Below are positions 40,201 to 52,879 of a DNA stretch of 64,000 nt, in pieces. This DNA comes from Auanema rhodensis (taxonomy: Eukaryota; Animalia; Nematoda), in contig OZ059900.1 in the NCBI GenBank assembly GCA_964057225.1, positions 7,626,001 to 7,690,000 of the forward strand. The letters run 5' to 3'. Below the pieces are notes generated by a model, which was given only the letters and a program-made list of their open reading frames with translations, made no database searches and had not been told where the DNA came from. The position numbers and the translations under genes are program-made. Positions within the stretch are counted from its first letter, which is position 1; the number at the start of each line of letters is the position of its first letter.

Positions 40201-42450
40201 TTTTGATCAGACCCTTTGAGATATGGATTTAAAATTCAGGATTCATAAAATTCGACTATTTTTACATATATATGTCCAATTTTAACCACTTTGGTCAAAA
40301 AGGACCGAAAATATCAAGAATTATTGGTTTTTTGGGGTTTGAAGGGCATTTTGGCAAAATCAGTCAAACTTTTGATCTTAAGCATATTTTTTTCTTCTAA
40401 AACGACTAAATGTATGAAATACTGTCATAGAATGTTCATATAGGTGTATTTTGCACGAATATCAAAACTGATTGAAATATGGGCCTTTTTATGCTCAAAA
40501 CGCCATATATTCAACGATTTTGGGTACAAAACATGTGAAAACTGTATGTTTTGATCAGACCCTTTGAGATATGGATTTGAAATTCAGGATTCATAAACTT
40601 TGACTATTTTTACATATATATGTTCAATTTTAACCACTTTGGTCAAAAAGGACCGAAAATATCAAGAATTATTGGTTTTTTGGGGTTTGAAGGGCATTTT
40701 GGCAAAATCAGTCAAACTTTTGATCTTAAGCATATTTTTTTCTTCTAAAACGACTAAATGTATGAAATACTGTCATAGAATGTTCATATAGGTGTATTTT
40801 GCACGAATATCAAAACTGATTGAAATATGGGCCTTTTTATGCTCAAAACGCCATATATTCAACGATTTTGGGTACAAAACATGTGAAAACTGTATGTTTT
40901 GATCAGACCCTTTGAGATATGGATTTGAAATTCAGGATTCATAAACTTCGACTATTTCTACATATATATGTCCAATTTTAACCACTTTGGTCAAAAAGGA
41001 CCGAAAGTATCAAGAATTATTGGTTTTTTGGGGTTTGAAGGGCATTTTGGCTAAATCAGTCAAACTTTTGATCTTAAGCATATTTTTTTCTTCTAAAACG
41101 ACTAAATGTATGAAATACTGTCAAAGAATGTTCATATAGGTGTATTTTGCACGAATATCAAAACTGATTGAAATATGGGCCTTTTTATGCTCAAAACGCC
41201 ATATATTCAACGATTTTGGGTACAAAACATGTGAAAACTGTATGTTTTGATCAGACCCTTTGAGATATGGATTTAAAATTCAGGATTCATAAAATTCGAC
41301 TATTTTTACATATATATGTCCAATTTTAACCACTTTGGTCAAAAAGGACCGAAAATATCAAGAATTATTGGTTTTTTGGGGTTTGAAGGGCATTTTGGCA
41401 AAATCAGTCAAACTTTTGATCTTAAGCATATTTTTTTCTTCTAAAACGACTAAATGTATGAAATACTGTCATAGAATGTTCATATAGGTGTATTTTGCAC
41501 GAATATCAAAACTGATTGAAATATGGGCCTTTTTATGCTCAAAACGCCATATATTCAACGATTTTGGGTACAAAACATGTGAAAACTGTATGTTTTGATC
41601 AGACCCTTTGAGATATGGATTTAAAATTCAGGATTCATAAAATTCGACTATTTTTACATATATGTGTCCAATTTTAACCACTTTGGTCAAAAAGGACCGA
41701 AAATATCAAGAATTATTGGTTTTTTGGGGTGTGAAGGGCATTTTGGCAAAATCAGTCAAACTTTTGATCTTAAGCATATTTTTTTCTTCTAAAACGACTA
41801 AATGTATGAAATACTGTCATAGAATGTTCATATAGGTGTATTTTGCACGAATATCAAAACTGATTGAAATATGGGCCTTTTTATGCTCAAAACGCCATAT
41901 ATTCAACGATTTTGGGTACAAAACATGTGAAAACTGTATGTTTTGATCAGACCCTTTGAGATATGGATTTGAAATTCAGGATTCATAAACTTTGACTATT
42001 TTTACATATATATGTTCAATTTTAACCACTTTGGTCAAAAAGGACCGAAAATATCAAGAATTATTGGTTTTTTGGGGTTTGAAGGGCATTTTGGCAAAAT
42101 CAGTCAAACTTTTGATCTTAAGCATATTTTTTTCTTCTAAAACGACTAAATGTATGAAATACTGTCATAGAATGTTCATATAGGTGTATTTTGCACGAAT
42201 ATCAAAACTGATTGAAATATGGGCCTTTTTATGCTCAAAACGCCATATATTCAACGATTTTGGGTACAAAACATGTGAAAACTGTATGTTTTGATCAGAC
42301 CCTTTGAGATATGGATTTGAAATTCAGGATTCATAAACTTTGACTATTTTTACATATATATGTTCAATTTTAACCACTTTGGTCAAAAAGGACCGAAAAT
42401 ATCAAGAATTATTGGTTTTTTGGGGTTTGAAGGGCATTTTGGCAAAATCA
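31260..42450. repeat. Block re-used at 12-monomer (4176 bp) and 20-monomer (6960 bp) spacing
   Basis: Monomer order at 31552-33292 matches 35728-37468. Rare markers CCGAAAGTAT 34047/41007 and TATGTGTCC 34704/41664 are 6960 bp apart. Confidence 0.75.
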
Positions 42451-43976
42451 GTCAAACTTTTGATCTTAAGCATATTTTTTTCTTCTAAAACGACTAAATG
42501 TATGAAATACTGTCAAAGAATGTTCATATAGGTGTATTTTGCACGAATATCAAAACTGATTGAAATATGGGCCTTTTTATGCTCAAAACGCCATATATTC
42601 AACGATTTTGGGTACAAAACATGTGAAAACTGTATGTTTTGATCAGACCCTTTGAGATATGGATTTGAAATTCAGGATTCATAAACTTTGACTATTTTCA
42701 CATATATATGTCCAATTTTAACCACTTTGGTCAAAAAGGACCGAAAATATCAAGAATTATTGGTTTTTTGGGGTTTGAAGGGCATTTTGGCAAAATCAGT
42801 CAAACTTTTGATCTTAAGCATATTTTTTTCTTCTAAAACGACTAAATGTATGAAATACTGTCATAGAATGTTCATATAGGTGTATTTTGCACGAATATCA
42901 AAACTGATTGAAATATGGGCCTTTTTATGCTCAAAACGCCATATATTCAACGATTTTGGGTACAAAACATGTGAAAACTGTATGTTTTGATCAGACCCTT
43001 TGAGATATGGATTTGAAATTCAGGATTCATAAACTTTGACTATTTCTACATATATATGTTCAATTTTAACCACTTTGGTCAAAAAGGACCGAAAATATCA
43101 AGAATTATTGGTTTTTTGGGGTTTGAAGGGCATTTTGGCTAAATCAGTCAAACTTTTGATCTTAAGCATATTTTTTTCTTCTAAAACGACTAAATGTATG
43201 AAATACTGTCATAGAATGTTCATATAGGTGTATTTTGCACGAATATCAAAACTGATTGAAATATGGGCCTTTTTATGCTCAAAACGCCATATATTCAACG
43301 ATTTTGGGTACAAAACATGTGAAAACTGTATGTTTTGATCAGACCCTTTGAGATATGGATTTAAAATTCAGGATTCATAAAATTCGACTATTTTTACATA
43401 TATATGTCCAATTTTAACCACTTTGGTCAAAAAGGACCGAAAATATCAAGAATTATTGGTTTTTTGGGGTTTGAAGGGCATTTTGGCAAAATCAGTCAAA
43501 CTTTTGATCTTAAGCATATTTTTTTCTTCTAAAACGACTAAATGTATGAAATACTGTCAAAGAATGTTCATATAGGTGTATTTTGCACGAATATCAAAAC
43601 TGATTGAAATATGGGCCTTTTTATGCTCAAAACGCCATATACTCAACGATTTTGGGTACAAAACATGTGAAAACTGTATGTTTTGATCAGACCCTTTGAG
43701 ATATGGATTTAAAATTCAGGATTCATAAAATTCGACTATTTTTACATATATATGTCCAATTTTAACCACTTTGGTCAAAAAGGACCGAAAATATCAAGAA
43801 TTATTGGTTTTTTGGGTTTGAAGGGCATTTTGGCAAAATCAGTCAAACTTTTGATCTTAAGCATATTTTTTTCTTCTAAAACGACTAAATGTATGAAATA
43901 CTGTCAAAGAATGTTCATATAGGTGTATTTTGCACGAATATCAAAACTGATTGAAATATGGGCCTTTTTATGCTCA

Positions 43977-46941
43977 AAACGCCATATATTCAACGATTTT
44001 GGGTACAAAACATGTGAAAACTGTATGTTTTGATCAGACCCTTTGAGATATGGATTTGAAATTCAGGATTCATAAACTTTGACTATTATTACATATATAT
44101 GTCCAATTTTAACCACTTTGGTCAAAAAGGACCGAAAATATCAAGAATTATTGGTTTTTTGGGGTTTGAAGGGCATTTTGGCAAAATCAGTCAAACTTTT
44201 GATCTTAAGCATATTTTTTTCTTCTAAAACGACTAAATGTATGAAATACTGTCAAAGAATGTTCATATAGGTGTATTTTGCACGAATATCAAAACTGATT
44301 GAAATATGGGCCTTTTTATGCTCAAAACGCCATATATTCAACGATTTTGGGTACAAAACATGTGAAAACTGTATGTTTTGATCAGACCCTTTGAGATATG
44401 GATTTAAAATTCAGGATTCATAAAATTCGACTATTTTTACATATATATGTCCAATTTTAACCACTTTGGTCAAAAAGGACCGAAAATATCAAGAATTATT
44501 GGTTTTTTGGGGTTTGAAGGGCATTTTGGCAAAATCAGTCAAACTTTTGATCTTAAGCATATTTTTTTCTTCTAAAACGACTAAATGTATGAAATACTGT
44601 CATAAAATGTTCATATAGGTGTATTTTGCACGAATATCAAAACTGATTGAAATATGGGCCTTTTTATGCTCAAAACGCCATATATTCAACGATTTTGGGT
44701 ACAAAACATGTGAAAACTGTATGTTTTGATCAGACCCTTTGAGATATGGATTTGAAATTCAGGATTCATAAACTTTGACTATTTTTACATATATATGTTC
44801 AATTTTAACCACTTTGGTCAAAAAGGACCGAAAATATCAAGAATTATTGGTTTTTTGGGTTTGAAGGGCATTTTGGCAAAATCAGTCAAACTTTTGATCT
44901 TAAGCATATTTTTTTCTTCTAAAACGACTAAATGTATGAAATACTGTCAAAGAATGTTCATATAGGTGTATTTTGCACGAATATCAAAACTGATTGAAAT
45001 ATGGGCCTTTTTATGCTCAAAACGCCATATATTCAACGATTTTGGGTACAAAACATGTGAAAACTGTATGTTTTGATCAGACCCTTTGAGAGATGGATTT
45101 AAAATTCAGGATTCATAAAATTCGACTATTTTTACATATATATGTCCAATTTTAACCACTTTGGTCAAAAAGGACCGAAAATATCAAGAATTATTGGTTT
45201 TTTGGGTTTGAAGGGCATTTTGGCAAAATCAGTCAAACTTTTGATCTTAAGCATATTTTTTTCTTCTAAAACGACTAAATGTATGAAATACTGTCAAAGA
45301 ATGTTCATATAGGTGTATTTTGCACGAATATCAAAACTGATTGAAATATGGGCCTTTTTATGCTCAAAACGCCATATATTCAACGATTTTGGGTACAAAA
45401 CATGTGAAAACTGTATGTTTTGATCAGACCCTTTGAGATATGGATTTGGAATTCAGGATTCATAAACTTTGACTATTTTTACATATATATGTTCAATTTT
45501 AACCACTTTGGTCAAAAAGGACCGAAAATATCAAGAATTATTGGTTTTTTGGGGTTTGAAGGGCATTTTGGCAAAATCAGTCAAACTTTTGATCTTAAGC
45601 ATATTTTTTTCTTCTAAAACGACTAAATGTATGAAATACTGTCATAGATTGTTCATATAGGTGTATTTTGCACGAATATCAAAACTGATTGAAATATGGG
45701 CCTTTTTATGCTCCAAACGCCATATATTCAACGATTTTGGGTACAAAACATGTGAAAACTGTATGTTTTGATCAGACCCTTTGAGATATGGATTTGAAAT
45801 TCAGGATTCATAAACTTTGACTATTATTACATATATATGTCCAATTTTAACCACTTTGGTCAAAAAGGACCGAAAATATCAAGAATTATTGGTTTTTTGG
45901 GGTTTGAAGGGCATTTTGGCAAAATCAGTCAAACTTTTGATCTTAAGCATATTTTTTTCTTCTAAAACGACTAAATGTATGAAATACTGTCAAAGAATGT
46001 TCATATAGGTGTATTTTGCACGAATATCAAAACTGATTGAAATATGGGCCTTTTTATGCTCAAAACGCCATATATTCAACGATTTTGGGTACAAAACATG
46101 TGAAAACTGTATGTTTTGATCAGACCCTTTGAGATATGGATTTAAAATTCAGGATTCATAAAATTCGACTATTTTTACATATATATGTCCAATTTTAACC
46201 ACTTTGGTCAAAAAGGACCGAAAATATCAAGAATTATTGGTTTTTTGGGGTTTGAAGGGCATTTTGGCAAAATCAGTCAAACTTTTGATCTTAAGCATAT
46301 TTTTTTCTTCTAAAACGACTAAATGTATGAAATACTGTCATAAAATGTTCATATAGGTGTATTTTGCACGAATATCAAAACTGATTGAAATATGGGCCTT
46401 TTTATGCTCAAAACGCCATATATTCAACGATTTTGGGTACAAAACATGTGAAAACTGTATGTTTTGATCAGACCCTTTGAGATATGGATTTGAAATTCAG
46501 GATTCATAAACTTTGACTATTTTTACATATATATGTTCAATTTTAACCACTTTGGTCAAAAAGGACCGAAAATATCAAGAATTATTGGTTTTTTGGGTTT
46601 GAAGGGCATTTTGGCAAAATCAGTCAAACTTTTGATCTTAAGCATATTTTTTTCTTCTAAAACGGCTAAATGTATGAAATACTGTCAAAGAATGTTCATA
46701 TAGGTGTATTTTGCACGAATATCAAAACTGATTGAAATATGGGCCTTTTTATGCTCAAAACGCCATATATTCAACGATTTTGGGTACAAAACATGTGAAA
46801 ACTGTATGTTTTGATCAGACCCTTTGAGAGATGGATTTAAAATTCAGGATTCATAAAATTCGACTATTTTTACATATATATGTCCAATTTTAACCACTTT
46901 GGTCAAAAAGGACCGAAAATATCAAGAATTATTGGTTTTTT
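43977..46941. repeat. Partial block duplication at 5-monomer spacing (1738 bp) in a zone of G-deletion monomers
   Basis: CTATTATT monomers 44079/45817, CATAAAATG 44605/46343, GAGAGATGG 45092/46830 and the G4-to-G3 deletion ~44858/~46596. Confidence 0.8.
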
Positions 46942-49472
46942 GGGGTTTGAAGGGCATTTTGGCAAAATCAGTCAAACTTTTGATCTTAAGCATATTTTTT
47001 TCTTCTAAAACGACTAAATGTATGAAATACTGTCATAGAATGTTCATATAGGTGTATTTTGCACGAATATCAAAACTGATTGAAATATGGGCCTTTTTAT
47101 GTTCAAAACGCCATATATTCAACGATTTTGGGTACAAAACATGTGAAAACTGTATGTTTTGATCAGACCCTTTGAGATATGGATTTGAAATTCAGGATTC
47201 ATAAACTTTGACTATTTTTACATATATATGTCCAATTTTAACCACTTTGGTCGAAAAGGACCGAAAATATCAAGAATTATTGGTTTTTTGGGGATTGAAG
47301 GGCATTTTGGCAAAATCAGTCAAACTTTTGATCTTAAGCATATTTTTTTCTTCTAAAACGACTAAATGTATGAAATACTGTCATAGAATGTTCATATAGG
47401 TGTATTTTGCACGAATATCAAAACTGATTGAAATATGGGCCTTTTTATGCTCAAAACGCCATATATTCAACGATTTTGGGTACAAAACATGTGAAAACTG
47501 TATGTTTTGATCAGACCCTTTGAGATATGGATTTGAAATTCAGGATTCATAAACTTCGACTATTTCTACATATATATGTCCAATTTTAACCACTTTGGTC
47601 AAAAAGGACCGAAAATATCAAGAATTATTGGTTTTTTGGGGTTTGAAGGGCATTTTGGCAAAATCAGTCAAACTTTTGATCTTAAGCATATTTTTTTCTT
47701 CTAAAACGACTAAATGTATGAAATACTGTCATAGAATGTTCACATAGGTGTATTTTGCACGAATATCAAAACTGATTGAAATATGGGCCTTTTTATGCTC
47801 AAAACGCCATATATTCAACGATTTTGGGTACAAAACATGTGAAAACTGTATGTTTTGATCAGACCCTTTGAGATATGGATTTAAAATTCAGGATTCATAA
47901 AATTTGACTATTTTTACATATATATGTCCAATTTTAACCACTTTGGTCAAAAAGGACCGAAAATATCAAGAATTATTGGTTTTTTGGGGTTTGAAGGGCA
48001 TTTTGGCAAAATCAGTCAAACTTTTGATCTTAAGCATATTTTTTTCTTCTAAAACGACTAAATGTATGAAATACTGTCATAGAATGTTCATATAGGTGTA
48101 TTTTGCACGAATATCAAAACTGATTGAAATATGGGCCTTTTTATGTTCAAAACGCCATATATTCAACGATTTTGGGTACAAAACATGTGAAAACTGTATG
48201 TTTTGATCAGACCCTTTGAGATATGGATTTGAAATTCAGGATTCATAAACTTTGACTATTTTTACATATATATGTCCAATTTTAACCACTTTGGTCGAAA
48301 AGGACCGAAAATATCAAGAATTATTGGTTTTTTGGGGATTGAAGGGCATTTTGGCAAAATCAGTCAAACTTTTGATCTTAAGCATATTTTTTTCTTCTAA
48401 AACGACTAAATGTATGAAATACTGTCATAGAATGTTCATATAGGTGTATTTTGCACGAATATCAAAACTGATTGAAATATGGGCCTTTTTATGTTCAAAA
48501 CGCCATATATTCAACGATTTTGGGTACAAAACATGTGAAAACTGTATGTTTTGATCAGACCCTTTGAGATATGGATTTGAAATTCAGGATTCATAAACTT
48601 TGACTATTTTTACATATATATGTTCAATTTTAACCACTTTGGTCAAAAAGGACCGAAAATATCAAGAATTATTGGTTTTTTGGGGTTTGAAGGGCATTTT
48701 GGCAAAATCAGTCAAACTTTTGATCTTAAGCATATTTTTTTCTTCTAAAACGACTAAATGTATGAAATACTGTCATAGAATGTTCATATAGGTGTATTTT
48801 GCACGAATATCAAAACTGATTGAAATATGGGCCTTTTTATGCTCAAAACGCCATATATTCAACGATTTTGGGTACAAAACATGTGAAAACTGTATGTTTT
48901 GATCAGACCCTTTGAGATATGGATTTGAAATTCAGGATTCATAAACTTCGACTATTTCTACATATATATGTCCAATTTTAACCACTTTGGTCAAAAAGGA
49001 CCGAAAATATCAAGAATTATTGGTTTTTTGGGGTTTGAAGGGCATTTTGGCAAAATCAGTCAAACTTTTGATCTTAAGCATATTTTTTTCTTCTAAAACG
49101 ACTAAATGTATGAAATACTGTCATAGAATGTTCACATAGGTGTATTTTGCACGAATATCAAAACTGATTGAAATATGGGCCTTTTTATGCTCAAAACGCC
49201 ATATATTCAACGATTTTGGGTACAAAACATGTGAAAACTGTATGTTTTGATCAGACCCTTTGAGATATGGATTTAAAATTCAGGATTCATAAAATTTGAC
49301 TATTTTTACATATATATGTCCAATTTTAACCACTTTGGTCAAAAAGGACCGAAAATATCAAGAATTATTGGTTTTTTGGGGTTTGAAGGGCATTTTGGCA
49401 AAATCAGTCAAACTTTTGATCTTAAGCATATTTTTTTCTTCTAAAACGACTAAATGTATGAAATACTGTCAT

Positions 49473-52400
49473 AGAATGTTCATATAGGTGTATTTTGCAC
49501 GAATATCAAAACTGATTGAAATATGGGCCTTTTTATGCTCAAAACGCCATATATTCAACGATTTTGGGTACAAAACATGTGAAAACTGTATGTTTTGATC
49601 AGACCCTTTGAGATATGGATTTAAAATTCAGGATTCATAAAATTTGACTATTTTTACATATATATGTCCAATTTTAACCACTTTGGTCAAAAAGGACCGA
49701 AAATATCAAGAATTATTGGTTTTTTGGGGTTTGAAGGGCATTTTGGCAAAATCAGTCAAACTTTTGATCTTAAGCATATTTTTTTCTTCTAAAACGACTA
49801 AATGTATGAAATACTGTCATAGAATGTTCATATAGGTGTATTTTGCACGAATATCAAAACTGATTGAAATATGGGCCTTTTTATGCTCAAAACGCCATAT
49901 ATTCAACGATTTTGGGTACAAAACATGTGAAAACTGTATGTTTTGATCAGACCCTTTGAGATATGGATTTGAAATTCAGGATTCATAAACTTTGACTATT
50001 TTTACATATATATGTCCAATTTTAACCACTTTGGTCAAAAAGGACCGAAAATATCAAGAATTATTGGTTTTTTGGGGTTTGAAGGGCATTTTGGCTAAAT
50101 CAGTCAAACTTTTGATCTTAAGCATATTTTTTTCTTCTAAAACGACTAAATGTATGAAATACTGTCAAAGAATGTTCATATAGGTGTATTTTGCACGAAT
50201 ATCAAAACTGATTGAAATATGGGCCTTTTTATGCTCAAAACGCCATATATTCAACGATTTTGGGTACAAAACATGTGAAAACTGTATGTTTTGATCAGAC
50301 CCTTTGAGATATGGATTTAAAATTCAGGATTCATAAAATTCGACTATTTTTACATATATATGTCCAATTTTAACCACTTTGGTCAAAAAGGACCGAAAAT
50401 ATCAAGAATTATTGGTTTTTTGGGGTTTGAAGGGCATTTTGGCAAAATCAGTCAAACTTTTGATCTTAAGCATATTTTTTTCTTCTAAAACGACTAAATG
50501 TATGAAATACTGTCATAGAATGTTCATATAGGTGTATTTTGCACGAATATCAAAACTGATTGAAATATGGGCCTTTTTATGTTCAAAACGCCATATATTC
50601 AACGATTTTGGGTACAAAACATGTGAAAACTGTATGTTTTGATCAGACCCTTTGAGATATGGATTTGAAATTCAGGATTCATAAACTTTGACTATTTTTA
50701 CATATATATGTCCAATTTTAACCACTTTGGTCGAAAAGGACCGAAAATATCAAGAATTATTGGTTTTTTGGGGATTGAAGGGCATTTTGGCAAAATCAGT
50801 CAAACTTTTGATCTTAAGCATATTTTTTTCTTCTAAAACGACTAAATGTATGGAATACTGTCATAGAATGTTCATATAGGTGTATTTTGCACGAATATCA
50901 AAACTGATTGAAATATGGGCCTTTTTATGCTCAAAACGCCATATATTCAACGATTTTGGGTACAAAACATGTGAAAACTGTATGTTTTGATCAGACCCTT
51001 TGAGATATGGATTTGAAATTCAGGATTCATAAACTTTGACTATTTTTACATATATATGTCCAATTTTAACCACTTTGGTCAAAAAGGACCGAAAATATCA
51101 AGAATTATTGGTTTTTTGGGGTTTGAAGGGCATTTTGGCTAAATCAGTCAAACTTTTGATCTTAAGCATATTTTTTTCTTCTAAAACGACTAAATGTATG
51201 AAATACTGTCAAAGAATGTTCATATAGGTGTATTTTGCACGAATATCAAAACTGATTGAAATATGGGCCTTTTTATGCTCAAAACGCCATATATTCAACG
51301 ATTTTGGGTACAAAACATGTGAAAACTGTATGTTTTGATCAGACCCTTTGAGATATGGATTTAAAATTCAGGATTCATAAAATTTGACTATTTTTACATA
51401 TATATGTCCAATTTTAACCACTTTGGTCAAAAAGGACCGAAAATATCAAGAATTATTGGTTTTTTGGGGTTTGAAGGGCATTTTGGCAAAATCAGTCAAA
51501 CTTTTGATCTTAAGCATATTTTTTTCTTCTAAAACGACTAAATGTATGAAATACTGTCATAGAATGTTCATATAGGTGTATTTTGCACGAATATCAAAAC
51601 TGATTGAAATATGGGCCTTTTTATGCTCAAAACGCCATATATTCAACGATTTTGGGTACAAAACATGTGAAAACTGTATGTTTTGATCAGACCCTTTGAG
51701 ATATGGATTTGAAATTCAGGATTCATAAACTTTGACTATTTTTACATATATATGTCCAATTTTAACCACTTTGGTCAAAAAGGACCGAAAATATCAAGAA
51801 TTATTGGTTTTTTGGGGTTTGAAGGGCATTTTGGCTAAATCAGTCAAACTTTTGATCTTAAGCATATTTTTTTCTTCTAAAACGACTAAATGTATGAAAT
51901 ACTGTCAAAGAATGTTCATATAGGTGTATTTTGCACGAATATCAAAACTGATTGAAATATGGGCCTTTTTATGCTCAAAACGCCATATATTCAACGATTT
52001 TGGGTACAAAACATGTGAAAACTGTATGTTTTGATCAGACCCTTTGAGATATGGATTTAAAATTCAGGATTCATAAAATTCGACTATTTTTACATATATA
52101 TGTCCAATTTTAACCACTTTGGTCAAAAAGGACCGAAAATATCAAGAATTATTGGTTTTTTGGGGTTTGAAGGGCATTTTGGCAAAATCAGTCAAACTTT
52201 TGATCTTAAGCATATTTTTTTCTTCTAAAACGACTAAATGTATGAAATACTGTCATAGAATGTTCATATAGGTGTATTTTGCACGAATATCAAAACTGAT
52301 TGAAATATGGGCCTTTTTATGTTCAAAACGCCATATATTCAACGATTTTGGGTACAAAACATGTGAAAACTGTATGTTTTGATCAGACCCTTTGAGATAT

Positions 52401-52879
52401 GGATTTGAAATTCAGGATTCATAAACTTTGACTATTTTTACATATATATGTCCAATTTTAACCACTTTGGTCGAAAAGGACCGAAAATATCAAGAATTAT
52501 TGGTTTTTTGGGGATTGAAGGGCATTTTGGCAAAATCAGTCAAACTTTTGATCTTAAGCATATTTTTTTCTTCTAAAACGACTAAATGTATGGAATACTG
52601 TCATAGAATGTTCATATAGGTGTATTTTGCACGAATATCAAAACTGATTGAAATATGGGCCTTTTTATGCTCAAAACGCCATATATTCAACGATTTTGGG
52701 TACAAAACATGTGAAAACTGTATGTTTTGATCAGACCCTTTGAGATATGGATTTGAAATTCAGGATTCATAAACTTTGACTATTTTTACATATATATGTC
52801 CAATTTTAACCACTTTGGTCAAAAAGGACCGAAAATATCAAGAATTATTGGTTTTTTGGGGTTTGAAGGGCATTTTGGC
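49473..52879. repeat. Near-complete tandem duplication of a 5-monomer (1740-bp) unit
   Basis: TGGAATAC 50853/52593 and AAATTTGAC 49641/51381; the intervening monomer types match. Confidence 0.85.

Noticed and set aside
15193-45469. Exact cancellation of +3 and -3 indels as compensatory register restoration
   Set aside because: The indels are more than 12 kb apart and further deletions follow, so coincidence is most likely.
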